Positions 47,616 to 60,697 of a stretch of 64,000 bases of DNA are shown in pieces; the stretch's first letter is position 1; each line of letters begins with the position of its first letter. This stretch comes from Elsinoe ampelina (lineage: Eukaryota): NCBI GenBank assembly GCA_010093995.1, contig ML992515.1, forward strand, positions 53,533 through 117,532. The letters are read 5' to 3'. Under the pieces are notes generated by a model that saw only the letters and a list, made by a program, of their open reading frames with translations, did no database searches and was not told where the DNA came from. The position numbers and the translations under genes are program-made.

Positions 47616-48988
47616 ATGCCCTCACCTTCACCACAGAATCGTCTACACCAAGTCACACAACACATGTCTACAGACGCTGTCGAGACGGCCTTCTCGGCCC
47701 AGGCCGTGCCAAAGGCCCCAGAGGATCCCCTCTTTGGCTTGATGGCAGCTTACAGAGCCGATACCGATTCACAGAAAGTCGACCTCGGAATTGGTGCTTA
47801 CAGAGATGACAACGCAAAGCCATGGGTCTTGCCCGTGGTTAAGAAGGTCAGCATCCTTCATGGCACCCATCTCACCCAGCCTTCTTGCTAACCTATTCGC
47901 GATAGGCCGACGACATCCTCAGAGCTGACCCCAATCTCAACCACGAATACCTCCCTATCGCTGGTCTGGCAGACTTCACCTCGGCCTCACAGCGTCTCGT
48001 CTTTGGTCAGAGCTCCAAAGCCGTGTCGGAACAGCGAGCCATCTCCCTCCAGACCATTTCAGGAACCGGTGCTGTCCACTTGGGTGCTCTCTTCCTCTCA
48101 AAATTCTACAACCCCTCCACATCGAATGCAAAGGCTGTCTACGTTTCCAGCCCGACATGGGCAAACCACAACCAGATCTTTTCCAATGTCGGCTTTCCCA
48201 TCAAGACATACCCATACTTCTCGACAAAGACCCGCGGTCTCGACTTTGACGGAATGATTTCCGCCATCAAGGATGCTCCATCAGGGTCTGTCATCCTCCT
48301 CCACGCCTGTGCACACAACCCCACTGGCGTCGACCCAACACAAGAGCAGTGGAGACAGATTGCTTCCGTGATCAAGGAGAAGAAGCACTTTCCCTTCTTT
48401 GATACCGCATACCAAGGCTTCGCCTCCGGTGATCTAAACGCTGATGCCTGGGCAATCCGCTACTTCATCGACCAAGGTTTCGAGCTGCTCGTCGCCCAAT
48501 CCTACGCAAAGAACTTTGGTCTCTATGGCGAGCGTGCCGGCTGCTTCCACTTCGTCACCTCCCCCGGGCCCAACGCAAAAGACGTCGCAGTCCGCGTCGC
48601 TTCCCAATTGGCCATCCTTCAACGTTCCGAAATCTCAAACCCCCCAGCCTACGGCGCCCGCATCGCAAGTCTGATTCTCAACGACCCCGCCCTCTTTGCA
48701 GAATGGGAGGACAACCTCCGCACCATGTCCGGCCGCATCATCAGCATGCGCAAGGCTCTCAGGAGCAAGCTTGAAGAGCTAGGCACACCGGGGACGTGGA
48801 ACCACATCACGGATCAGATTGGCATGTTCAGCTTCACCGGTCTGAGCGAGGAGCAGGTGCTCAAGATCAGGAAGGACAAGCACGTTTACATGACGAAGAA
48901 TGGACGTATTAGTATGGCGGGTTTGAACACGAAGAATGTCGATTACTTTGCCAAGGCAATGGATGAGGTCGTGAGGGGGACGAGCTAG
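47616..48988 (+). CDS. AAT2: Aspartate aminotransferase, cytosolic/peroxisomal type; exons 47616 (or 47664)-47846, 47906-48988
   Basis: APEDPLFGL, KVDLGIGAYRD, QTISGTGA, HACAHNPTGVDP, DTAYQGFASG, PLP lysine motif SYAKNFGLYGERAG and GRISMAGL. Intron 47847-47905. Confidence 0.96.
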
Positions 48989-49381
48989 GGGGTCGTTCAA
49001 TGGGTTATAGGATATGTCATGATAGATATGAAATTCAAAATGGCACTAGACTGGTCAATTGAACCACGGATTGCTTTCAGACAAGTGATGCCATGTCTCA
49101 TCGATCTCCTGAGCGTGTACATGTAATGCACAGAGCCATCACACTGTTTGGGCCATGAGACAGATCGACAATCGCTCATGAACATTTCAGACTCAAGTCA
49201 TACAATCAAAAAGCGTACATTACACCGCCCATCCGCCCGTGCAATCTGCCCCAAAGACCAATTGCACTGCTGCTCATGTTTCCCTCCCCTCCCTTCCCCT
49301 CCCCTCTTCGCCTGAAAAGATACATCTCATATACACACCCCTGCTCACCCTTCATATCCCTTGACGACACCCTCGTAAGTC

Positions 49382-51796
49382 CTAATCCGCCTTCTCCCCC
49401 CCACCGTTCCCCCCCAACAACCCCCCCAACCCCTCCTTCCCCCCACCATTCATCGGCAACTGGAAAAACCCTCCCGTGCCCCACCCTTTCCTCTCCTTCT
49501 CTCCCGCCCCAGACAGACCCCCGCTCGCCCCGTTGCCCTGAATGCCATGCCCGAGCTGGACACCCCTGCCTCTGTTCCCCCTCAGCGACAGCGTCACGAG
49601 GAGGAGAAGGATGACCAGGGCGCCGGAGGACAGGAAAGGGTGGGACAAGAACGACTGGCGGAGAGTGTAGTAGATGTGGCCGAAAAACGAGGCGGTGGAT
49701 TTGGGGGAGATCTTGGGCGGGTTGGCGACGATTTTGGGGAGGGTTTCGAGGATCGAGGTCCGGCTGGGGACGATGGGGTTGCCGGTGATGGTCGTGTCCC
49801 AGTAGCGGTGGTTCTACATTGACGTTAATTATGGATGAGGGATGGAGGGGGGGGGGGGGGAAGGAAAGGGAAAGACACACCTCTTCGTCGTTGACGACCA
49901 CTCGCTCGCCGTCCTTGACGCTGATGCCGTATGTCGTCTTGATCCAGCGCTCCCAAAACACGCCGTCCACCCAAGCGAAGGCGACTTCTTTCCGCTCAAT
50001 GTCTTCCATGTTGATGCGGATGCTCTTTGCGTTTCTCAAGGCTCGCTGATCGTTGCGGTCTTCTGCTTCTTCGATGCGGAGCTGTTTGGCATCGCGTAGC
50101 TCCTGACGTTCAAGCTGGAATGCTTGCGTCTGCTTGTCGATCCATTCGAGAGCGGCGTTCTTGATCTCCCGCTTGGCGATGATGAATTCATCTGCCCTGT
50201 CCCGAGATAATATCCCGAGCACGACGAGCTTGTTGGCCATGATCTCCTTTGCGTTCGCCGCTGTGAGTTCGGCCACGATAGGTTGCCAGACACCCTTCAT
50301 CCAGCCAAGGACTTTGCGGAAGTCGCGCATGTCTCGCGGCGAGAGAGGGGTGTAATAGCTTGGTTTGCCATCGCGAGAGACCAGCAGGCGAGGCCAAGTG
50401 CTGACTTTGAAGCGCTTGTAGAGCTTCTCGTCCTTGCTTTTGACTAGGCGTGCACGACCGATCAGTGAAAGAAGGAGGCGTTCGAGGGCCTCAAAGTCTT
50501 CGCTCGTCGTAGCGTGGTCGTAGAGGTACACAAAGATGACCTCCTCATCCTTCTCCAATTCCTCAAATTCAGCAGCCGTAACATCCTTGACGCCTTCGCC
50601 CGCGGACACAGCTTTGTTGGCAAAGCTGAGCAGGTCGCCAAGTCCACGAAGACCAGAGTACTCGATGCGCTCTCCTCCTTGGAAATAGATCAGAGTAGGG
50701 TAGCCTTGTACGTGCACATCCTTGCAGAGCCGCTTCTCAGCTTCACAATCGACTTCGCCAATGTTGAGCTTTCCTTGCATGTCGCGGGCCATTGAATGCC
50801 ATGTTGGAGCCAGAGCTTGACAATGTGGGCACCACTTTGTGTAGAACTTGATGAACCAGGGGTCCCGAGTGGTCGTGACCTTGCTCTGAAAGTTCTCGGC
50901 CGTCAAAGCGACCGAGCGTCCAGCGGGGTTGATTTCGGCCTTTGGCTTCGGCTTCTTCGTCTTTGGCTTGCTCTTACTCGACGAGGCTTTCTTGCTCTTG
51001 TCGACTTCGGCCTCTAGCTCATCTTCAATTTCGTTCTGCTTCAATCCAGCAGCAGCGCCTTTTGCCGGGTCATCGCTCTTTAATTTCCCAGAAGTGGCTT
51101 CGTAGCCTTCGACGTGGTCTGCGCCATCCTTTGGCAGTTTCAGTCCCCTCTTTGGCCTTGATCCCGGCTTGATGCTTTCCAGCACCTCCTCCAGCCATTC
51201 CGACATCTCCTTGAGGGTCTTAGCCCCAACAGACTTCTTCAGCATCTTGCCATCCTTGAAGATCATGACCGTCGGAAAAGAGCCGACCTCGTGTGCCTGG
51301 CATGCTGAGCCAAATGCTACGCAGTCGACGCGGCCGAAATGGAAATCGTAATACCGAGTAAAAGAGTTGAGAGAGGAAGACGCATCAGTGTCTTCCGACG
51401 GCGAGACGGGAGATGAGGTGTAGTAAAGCTCGTAAAGCGTTTGTAATGTTGGCGCAAATGCTTTGCAGTGGTGGCAGTATGGCGAGAAGAATTCGACAAA
51501 CCTATAGCATGGTCAGACAGAGTCTAGCTCTTCTTGCGCGCCAGGTCTCACCAATAGCCCTTGCCTATTAATGAATCGAGTTTCTCGCCATCAATATCTA
51601 GCAGTGCCGGTACTTCCTGTCCATTGAATGTGCTCGGCTTCAAAGGCCGTCCAAAGGCATCTTTCTCGACAGCTTTGGAGTCGAATGTTTGCTCCTTTGC
51701 TTCTGCTCGTGCAACTAGTCCTTTCGGCGATGGTGAGGCTATCGATAACGTGGCCAGGGACAGCGCGACAAGTCGCGTGATATTCGACCACCTCAT
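49382..51796 (-). CDS. EPS1: ER membrane protein disulfide isomerase, Eps1-like (two active thioredoxin domains, C-terminal TM); exons 51796-51552, 51501-49881, 49813-49382 (765 aa)
   Basis: Signal peptide, FFSPYCHHC and FYTKWCPHC Trx motifs, WVDGVFWERW, a C-terminal TM helix and a KAD end. Introns 51502-51551 and 49814-49880. Confidence 0.9.
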
Positions 51797-52182
51797 CGGA
51801 AGACCAGCCCGTCGGCTATAAGAAGTGCTGGGTTATCGAAAGCTGTCCCCCTCGTTCGTATTATTGGAAAGTGGCTGTAAACGAGTGACTGAAGATAAGT
51901 CGATAAGCGGGTCGTGATCCTATGAAGATAGTCCAGTCATTGAGAAAGTGTCGAGTCCTGAACGTCTGCAGCGATACCCCTATCGTTGTCAACGTCTCTT
52001 CAGAAGCTGCAAATGGTCTTTCAAGGAATCCAGGCAGGGGTTGACAGTCGACAGTGAGAGCCTTGGCAGGGCGGGATCTGCCGTTGCGTCTCCGTCTCCG
52101 CGATCCACTTTTGGCTTGCAGAAGTTCCTGACGACATATTGAAGCTATTCATTGCTCAGGTCTCTGCGACAACACATTCAGC

Positions 52183-52995
52183 ATGAGAGCGACAGGTATA
52201 CTACGCGCTGTTGCGCGCTCGGGTCAATTCCTCGAAGCTGGAGCACCAACTGGACTGACTGGTCTATTGACGCATGCAAGCCCACGGTCCTCCTTGATCT
52301 ATATCTACAGCAACACGTTGGACAAGCTTAAGCAGCTTCCGGAATCTTCGGTGTACAGACAGTCGACAGAAGCCCTGACAAAGCACCGATTGAACATCAT
52401 CGAGTCGACAAAGCCAGCTGGACTGAGCGAATGGCAAGAGAGAGTACGGAAGACAATTGAGGCACATCCACAAGCATTCCAGTCGGTGGCGTCCCAGGCC
52501 AATCCAAGCGAGGTCAACTTTGTCCCAAGATACACAAGGGCGAGCCCAGCGAAGGTCGCTCAGGAGCAGAAGGAAGAGGCCCCGGAGTATTCGCCCGAGG
52601 ACATGTCCAAATTCATTAGCCAAGCGCTCGAGGAGAGCAAGATATCACGAGGAGAAGTTGAGGGAGTCGAGGCAGAGCCGGCTCTGACAGCGGAACAGTA
52701 TGTGGAGATGTAGGGGCGGAGGAAATGTCCGCTGATATAATTTAGGATCAATGAGCTTGAGAGCAAGATTGGAGCTGGCTTGATCGAGGAGGTAATCCAA
52801 GTAGCCGAAGGCGAGAGCCAGCTTGTCGACACGATGATTCAGAGCAGAGTGTATGTACTTCTGTATCATCACGTGTAGCAGCGACTAACATGATACAGAT
52901 ACGAAGAGCTTGAGGAGAAGCCAGTAGAGGGTCAATGGACGTACCACGAAAGGGACAGGCACACTCCAACAACGCAAGCACCACCATCTTCATAA
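52183..52995 (+). CDS. NDUFA5: NADH:ubiquinone oxidoreductase 29.9 kDa subunit (NDUFA5/NUFM); exons 52183-52697, 52746-52850, 52899-52995
   Basis: PTGLTGL, LDKLKQLPESSVYRQSTEALTKHRL, LESKIGAGLIEEVIQVAEGE and YEELEEKP..GQW motifs, with two canonical introns. Confidence 0.94.
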
Positions 52996-55900
52996 ACGTC
53001 GGAAATGAAGCTCAAGCACCATCCGCTTACCTGATCGGGATCAATGTCTCGCACAGAAACAGTCCCCGTCGTTCATGTTTAACTCGAGCGAATTACACAA
53101 TGTACAGTAGAGATACACAGTACAATCCGAGCTAAAGGACAAGATCTTGGACGGAATCTACCATGAGATCCTGGTCGAACGCGTGGACTGATTATCCAGC
53201 TGCCTGTTCCGTGAATCAACGCGCAGCTTGCCCTGGCATCGAGACTCCTGTCAGAGTGAATGCATCCGTCCTTCCGCCCGGGTAAGGAAAATGTAGTGGG
53301 CCCTGGTGGCCAAGCCGTGAAACGTGGTGGACCTGTGGTTCGTCGGAGCCATGTGGCAGTAGCTTCATTTCCACTTTGATGGTTGGTGAGAGCTGCCGAA
53401 ACATGAATGTGACCAACAACAGATTTTGGGCCCTCTCGCGATACAAACATTCTGGCGATATCGGGAATTGCGATTGCGCGTCTCCATCCATCGACGATGT
53501 CGCAGGCAGCGCGTGGAAGAAACCATGTGGTACAGTACTGTACGAGAAGGGCTACTAAGCGACCGTTTGGAGCAACATCATCCCGACTCCCGATGTCAAG
53601 GGCTACATCGATACTTTCCGTCACTCTACAGGAGAGTCAAGAGTGTCCCACCAACCCAACCTCGTGCGTGGCTTCGGGAGAGGCTTGGACCTAATTATTC
53701 GAGGGAATGTGTCGCCAAGTGTGTAGCCCTCGCTGTGGTGAACCATTTGAACCCCTTTTGATCCTGAGTCTTCCAGAAACGAGTCTCGAAAGCCACGTAC
53801 CGAGGCAGACGTCGAGTCAAATCCCGGTAGGTATCATGACCGAACCAATTTTTGAGAACAAGAACTTCATCAAGCCCAAACACACGTGATGCCCGAGCAG
53901 GGAAATTGTCCGAGAAAGCAAAGTCTTCTCAAAGCGTGGGATGACCGGCAAAACACCGCGATCGCCACAAAACCCGGCCGTCGACAAGGTTTACACATTC
54001 CCTGAGACTATACTCGATGTGACAAGTGCGGCTAGTCATGTCGCGGCGCCTAAGCCACAGTGAACATCAGCTTCCGTACCAGAGTAGCAAAGAGCGACGG
54101 TCAAGTCGAGTGAATTTGCTGTCAAGCTCGAAAAGAAGCTGGGAGATCATGATGAGACCAAAGTCTATTGCATGTGGTTTGTGTTGGTCACTGCTGGAAG
54201 GCTGTTCCCCCACGGATGAATGGATGGCAGGACCATTTCTCTACGACATTATGGCAAGATCGAGATGAGCTTGAAAGTTCTGCATTGGAGGAGTGCATCC
54301 TGCCTGTTCCAAAATGACGACGTTACGGTCAGCAGGCAATTGATCCCCGAGCATATCACGTTGGACATCCTCCTAGGTGTTGTTTCTCATCGTGTGCTGG
54401 GAGCCGCGGCAGATGTGATGATTGCACCTTGGCGAGTACCAGTCTACCAGAGTTGCGGATGAAGAATACTCGCGAACGCACGCCATGTCGCTGTCGGTGT
54501 CACTCGAGCCATTGGAAGCGCCCAATCTGAGACGCCGGCTTCGAAGCAGACTCGCACAGTGCTTGGATAGTAATCGGTAGCAGGACAAGAATGGCAGATT
54601 TGAAGGGACTGCCGCCCTCAGCCCTGGATATACCCCCTCTTTGAGGCTGACTGGGGCGCTTCGTCGGCCTCGTGGCACCGCTGATAACGCGCGTGCACTC
54701 AACAAACGGCTTGTTTGGCAACGGTTGTCGGTACAGACTCCAAAGCGAGGATAGATCTTGCAGGAGCTGGAGGAACACCTGCTGTACCTTGCGAACCATG
54801 AGCTACGGGGCTCTTTGCACATCAATGTGTTCGCTGCGGCACCGCAAGGAGCATTCGTCGTGACGATCAGCCAATAAGTCTCGCGGGCAGCGGACATGCA
54901 TGTCATTGGCGTCCGTGTGTTCTCCGTTCTCGTTCCATGTGCGCGCGCGATGTGCGAGGCAGAGACCAGGCCGCAGAACCTGAAGGAGCTTAGACGGCCC
55001 AAGGCTCGTTTTGGACCTAAAGGGGAGCTTGCCAGTGAGCGCTAACCGTGAGACGACTTCCGGCGCCTTCCTTGTCTGCTGCGACTGGGAGAGAGCGATG
55101 ACGAACAGGCCGGCTGGGCTGCGCGGCTTCTGATGCTGTTGCTGGTGCTGGCGAGACGTGACATGTCGACTCGAGCATTCTCGGTCAGGTTCAGGTCAAA
55201 GTCTGTCTTGGTGTCTGTACCGTAACTCGCTGTACACATCGACTCGTGTCGCAATCTCCAATGCTACAGTATCCCTACCTTGTTCAATAATCTTTCCCTC
55301 TGATCCCTCTCTTTGATCTCCCTCGCATCATCTTCGCAGCACAAGAGATTATTACCTCATCTCGGCCCGTATTGCAACCTCCCAGATCGGACTCGATTGT
55401 TGTTTGGCTCCAATTTCTCTTCCAGGTTCAGGTTTCCCTCCTGTTCCCTCTTGTTTCCCAGATCCCTCGACCCACCGGTCCCTCCCCAGAGCCCTTCAAA
55501 GAGATCCACCCTCCCCACCTTGGTCACGATTGGAACTGCTGCTTGCTTCTGCTGTTGTTCTTTCGCCTGACCCTTGGAACAAAGTCGCGTCTCTCTACAG
55601 CTAGCTGCTGGTCACGGTAACACAAGTCGCAACCCACTTGTATTCACAGACGCCGGACACGGCTTGCTGAAGAAAAAGGACTCGTTCAGCTTCCACCTCA
55701 GGCCGATTCCGGGTCACCGTCCCAGCTGTCTGGGATAAAATTTTGGCGACCGAAAATCAAAAACCCGTCACTCAGCCGAGTATTATCCACCTGCACCAAC
55801 ATCACCGAACCACCTCTCCACCCCCACTACTGTCACTACCGTCGCTGCCGAGAAAAAAAAGGTATACCGGTCTGTCAATTGCTTCTACAGCTAGGCGATT

Positions 55901-56058
55901 GTTGAGCTCGCCTCCAAACCACCTGTACCACCTCGAGCTATACTTCCGGACATCCAACGTCGGCCCCATCCATTCTGCAGATGAAAGTCTGGTAGAAGAC
56001 GTCTTGCTTTACTTCTTTTGCAGACCACTTTTGCTGCCGAAATTCTTTCCCCTCCACT

Positions 56059-57838
56059 ATGGACAACCAGTTTCAGTCATCTTCATTCAATCAAATGGGA
56101 TCACAACATCAACCTCAGCATCAGCAACCGCAGCAGCAGCAACAGCAGCAGCAGCAGCCATTTGCTGGCTTTCCTGGCCAGCATCAACAACCGCCTGCTG
56201 CTCATGAAAACTCCACCTTACCTCCCCTCCAACCCGCTGCCCACAATTATAGCCACCTCCCACCTCTACACACTGGTGGAGTCCAGCATTCAGCTTCTCC
56301 CCATACGCCCCACACGCCTGCATTGAACTCGGCTGCCTCTCATACTCCATCAAACTTCTCCACCATGTCTACGCCAGTCACTGCGGGGTCTATGCCTCCT
56401 CCCTCGACCAGCTACATGGCTCCCTCGAGTGGCTACAGCACTTCTCAGCCATCTCCTGTCGCTACCCACCATCAGGGTGCACAACCGCCGGCCAATCGTC
56501 TGCAGGACATACGACCCATGCCACCTGGAGGAGGTAGCTTCAACAGTCCTATATCACCCTTTCCTGCCTTCAACAATGCTACAGCCATGGCTCAGCAGGG
56601 CCAGCATCAATACATCCCAAGTCAAGAGTCGGAGCCCACACATGTAGTTGGATCACAAGGACGTCGTGGCATACTACCGAGTGTACCTGGTCGTGCTCCA
56701 GCACCGACCTCGATCAACACGGTCTCGGCCAAGTCGCTCATCCCTACCAAGGATGCTGATGGGAAATTCCCTTGCCCCCACTGCAACAAGACGTACCTTC
56801 ATGCAAAGCATCTGAAACGTCACTTGCTCAGACGTAAGATTTATTTGCCAAACACCCTACTTCATTTAGCTAACAGATCCAGACACTGGTGACCGACCAT
56901 ACATGTGCCATCTCTGCAAGGACACCTTCAGCCGTAGCGACATCTTGAAGCGTCACTTTCAAAAGTGCTCGATACGTCGCGGAAACCCTACTGGAGCTAA
57001 TCACCTGGCAGGACAGCGTCGCAACACTGGAGGGTCGACAAACCCGCGTCTGTCACTGGGACAAGCAGATCAGCCCATGGGTCTCGCTGGCATGTCTGAC
57101 GTCGGTACTCCTACTGGCTACCAGAACGGAGGCTCTATGCCCAACACCGTAACTGGTAGCCCCACTGTCAATGGAGAACAATCCTCGTACGCTTCTAGCA
57201 TCGCGTCCATGTCAAACAGGTCTTCACGCGCGAACAGCCTCATTCAGCCACCAGGCGCGTTCGGAGGTGTTCCCACCCTTCCATCCTCTGGTCAAAATGG
57301 AGAACATCACCCTGTCACCTCTGCTGGCTTTGCTGGTGGGATTCCTGCTTATGCCATGCGTCCTCATTCTGCGTCTAACCCCATCCACCCGTCTGCATAT
57401 GGTTACGGCCCACCACCGACCAGCAACGGCGGCATGTACGGTGCTGTCAAGGCTGAAGATCATTCCGGCAACAACTACACTGCTCACTCGGGTCCGGTTC
57501 AGCAGCAACAAGGTCGCCCGAATGGTAACATGGAATGGAACCATGTTTTCAATACCAATGGCCAAGACGGCTTCATGCCTCAAGGACAGCAGGATCAGTC
57601 CCACATTCCCAAATCTGAGCACTCCATGGAGGGTCAGTCCTTTGACTCGGCTGGCCCCTACCAGAACAACTTTTTGAATGGTATTCAACACCAAACTGGC
57701 GCTTATGCAGAGAACGGAGGTTCGTTACGCCCGTCTCCACACCATCAATAGTCCTTGCTCTTTTGCGTTGTACTTTCCGCATAGGCGCTGACGCGTTCTG
57801 CAGCCCATGCAAATGGAATGGCTTTGGCATCCCGCTAG
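56059..57838 (+). CDS. nsdC: C2H2 zinc-finger developmental regulator, NsdC-like; exons 56059-56833, 56883-57719, 57804-57838 (last exon uncertain; unspliced stop at 57751)
   Basis: PTHVVGSQGRRGILPS and KDADGKFPCPHCNKTYLHAKHLKRHLLR|HTGDRPYMCHLCKDTFSRSDILKRHFQKC; poly-Q N-terminus; intron 56834-56882. Confidence 0.85.
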
Positions 57839-58540
57839 GCCACGTAGTACTCGAACCGAAACGACGGCAGGAACCGTTATACAACACGACTCTGCGCTCC
57901 ACACCTTTGACGGCCGAAAATACAAGTCATGGCATTTGACACGATGGGAAACACAATGGCGCCCTGGGTGATTCTTGAATTTGCTGTTCTCTCAAACGAC
58001 ATCAACACAATCCTTATCATGAAAGCCAAATCAACATCATAGACAACTTATAGACGGCGGACGGCAACGGCAACGACATTCGCGACGACTGCACGACACA
58101 TCAAAAGGCCCGAGTCGATCTGGTAGTATCCGCTCGAAGGAACAATTTGCACAATGGCGCTCTAGGAAGGACTTGTCATCCTGACTTGCTTGGAATTTTC
58201 ATTTGAAGGTCCGACCTCTTTCCATGTCTCATATTACTATTGCCATGTCAGAGTCTGCAAGGACTCTGACTTTTTGGACTCGAGACTTTTTACCGATAGG
58301 AACGCTGAGCGCTCAAAGAGTAAGAATGAACAAGAGGCATATGGCTTGCCTCGAGGATTCAATCAGCTGGTGGTCTCGACTTTGGTGGTGCCGACAAAAG
58401 TAAAGTCTGTTTCTCTGATCTTCATCCACGGGTTGCTATTGCTTTGGCCACTGTGTGTCCGGCAGGCTGTCCCTAAAGTGTACAGAAAAGCGATACGAGA
58501 TTTCTTCCGCTGAAATGAATACCTCTCAAAAATCTTTCCC

Positions 58541-59833
58541 TCACCATTTTGGCGTCCCTAACCCTGCAAAGTAGTACTGCTGTAACGCCGTGCTGGCCAT
58601 CTGGCAAGGAAATCCTATCGCCCTGCACTTGTCCACCACCCCCTCCAACCTCTTTCTGATCTCCTCCGCTCCCTTGCAATTCTTCAACGTCCACTCGTCT
58701 GCCTCCAACATCTCCTCGATATATGTCGTGTACACCTTACACCACCCCGCCGCCTTGCTTATAATCTCATACATCATCTTCCTCTCCATTCCCAACGCCT
58801 TACAAAACGCCATCGCCTCCACACTGGCCGCCAGATGCACCCCAGCCAACAAATCATCCACCTCCTCCTTCCCAATCCCTCCCTTCCCCTTGGCCTTCTC
58901 CCCCTTGCCTGCCAACTGCCCAACCTTGGCCCCCTCCCCTTCCGGCAAATACATCACCACCAACCTCGCATCATCCTCCTTCAACAGTCCCCTCACATGG
59001 CCCATCACATACAACTGCTCGGCCGCATTCGCCAACGGCACGGGAAACCTCACCTCCTTCGCCGCATCGACCACAATACCCGCATCCTTCCAGATAATCC
59101 CCAAAGCAGACAAGACCGTCCAGTCATCATCGAGCATGTGCGGCGCGCGATTCTCAAACATGAAACTCGTCCCCCGACCCTCGGTCTTGACGTACTCGTA
59201 CACGTCCCTCGCGTCCAACCCCGCCGCGGCAGCCAACCCCATCGCCTCGGACGCAGAGATGATGTTCGTCGCCGCCAGCAGCTGGTGGATGCACTTTACT
59301 TTCTGCCCGCCGCTGATGCCCCCGGCCACGGGGTACAGGTTGGCCGACATGTCCCGCAAGACCCCGTCGGCGGCACGCAGCGCCTCGTCCGGTCCGGAGG
59401 CGAAGATGCTCAACGACCCCGCCGCGGCGCGGATGGTGCCGCCGCTGACGGGGCAGTCGAGGAGCTGGACGTCGCCGCGGCCGTTGTCGTGGAGGAGTTT
59501 CTGTAGCTGTTCCGGGTAGGATGGGGGGCAGGTGCTGCAGAGGATGAGGACGGCGTTGCGGGGCAGGCCCGAGATGGCGGGGGATGAGCCTTCGAAGAGG
59601 AGCGACGTGGCTTGGTGCATGGTTGCGACCATTATGATGGCGATGCTGGCCGGGGGTGAGGAGGCGGCGGCTGCCGGGGTGGAGGCGGGAGACCCGCCGG
59701 CGGAGACGAGTTTGTCGATGAGTGGCGTGTAGACGTCGAAGCCCGTTATGGGGTAGCCTTTTTTGGCGAGGTTGGTGGCCATGCCGCCGCCCATGGCGCC
59801 GAGGCCGTAGAAGGCGATTTGGGGTTTGGACAT
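58541..59833 (-). CDS. 3-hydroxyisobutyrate/L-threonate dehydrogenase-family oxidoreductase with duplicated C-terminal helical domain; intronless
   Basis: Rossmann GLGAMGGGMA, substrate motif DCPVSGG..RA..G.L, catalytic K in GQKVKCIHQ, SFMFENR and a second NAD_binding_11-like segment (LLAGVHLAASVEAM..IISKAAG). Confidence 0.9.
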   Translation of the reverse strand: MSKPQIAFYGLGAMGGGMATNLAKKGYPITGFDVYTPLIDKLVSAGGSPASTPAAAASSPPASIAIIMVATMHQATSLLFEGSSPAISGLPRNAVLILCSTCPPSYPEQLQKLLHDNGRGDVQLLDCPVSGGTIRAAAGSLSIFASGPDEALRAADGVLRDMSANLYPVAGGISGGQKVKCIHQLLAATNIISASEAMGLAAAAGLDARDVYEYVKTEGRGTSFMFENRAPHMLDDDWTVLSALGIIWKDAGIVVDAAKEVRFPVPLANAAEQLYVMGHVRGLLKEDDARLVVMYLPEGEGAKVGQLAGKGEKAKGKGGIGKEEVDDLLAGVHLAASVEAMAFCKALGMERKMMYEIISKAAGWCKVYTTYIEEMLEADEWTLKNCKGAEEIRKRLEGVVDKCRAIGFPCQMASTALQQYYFAGLGTPKW

Positions 59834-60697
59834 GGTTTTGGGAGTAGGGGTGATGTGGTGATTGGGGAGAGAGCTTGTGTGGTCGCGAAGGGGAGCCTGG
59901 GTGGTGGTATGGAAGGAAACGATGAGAATCAAGCTGTACAGGAATATGTGCTGTTCGATTACGAAAAGCGAGTGACGTCGGAAACACCCCAACAGGAAAC
60001 CCGCCCTTTCAACACCTGCAGTTCGTCTTACCTCTTGATCGTGCCCCTTGGGTCAGTGGCGGCTTTTGGCTCTGCCTTTCGGCTTGCAGATCGCCTTTAG
60101 TCGACGGCTATTGACTGCGGGATCAGAAGTGGGTATGGCGGAGCGGCGGGGTATGAGATGGAGGGGTAATTGGGAAAAAAGGCACGTGCAGGGTGAAGGA
60201 GCCTCCTGTGTCGGCCTTGGCGGGTTGAGATGGGCACTATAGAATTATCATTTGATCTGGAGAGGCTGAGGGGCAGATGTCACCACAGAGACGGACGTAT
60301 CTGTACCTGTCATGCCGGATTGTCTGACGCCAATACATCTGTGACCCGCGGCTGACGATGGAAGATCGGATCTCAGACCACAAGTGGCGAGACGACGTGT
60401 GGCATAGCAAACACTCCGCAAGGCAACAGTGTCGGATGGATTACTGTCCAGCGTCCTGCAGAACGTTCGTCCGTATTGCATCAGTCTTCGTACGAGAAAC
60501 CAATTCCATGACATGTCCAGCAGCTGAGCGTCACAAAAGACCACGTGAAACGTCATTACTCCTCCCGTGCATAGCCACTGTCCATGCTCAGAAGACTACA
60601 AGTATCTCAGATTGGGCGCGAGTAAGTGTCTAATCCACTCAACAATACCTTCAATCCCCACTAAACAACACAAACTTTACATACCAACTCAACAATC

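Noticed and set aside
53000..55250. Multiple 60-209 aa ORFs upstream of nsdC
   Set aside because: No recognisable domains or coherent splicing; better explained as the long regulatory region of a transcription factor.
58590..59519. 309-aa + strand ORF opposite the dehydrogenase, and similar shadow ORFs opposite the AA5, DUF3176, DHCR24-like, NOG1, HOS3 and 19113-20516 genes
   Set aside because: Antisense or alternate-frame shadows of GC-rich real genes, with no recognisable motifs.
27988..59833. RpiB and the threonate-dehydrogenase-like gene as a sugar-acid catabolic cluster; ARV1 and DHCR24-like as a sterol cluster
   Set aside because: Separated by 17-30 kb of unrelated housekeeping genes, with no kinase, aldolase or other pathway partners visible.
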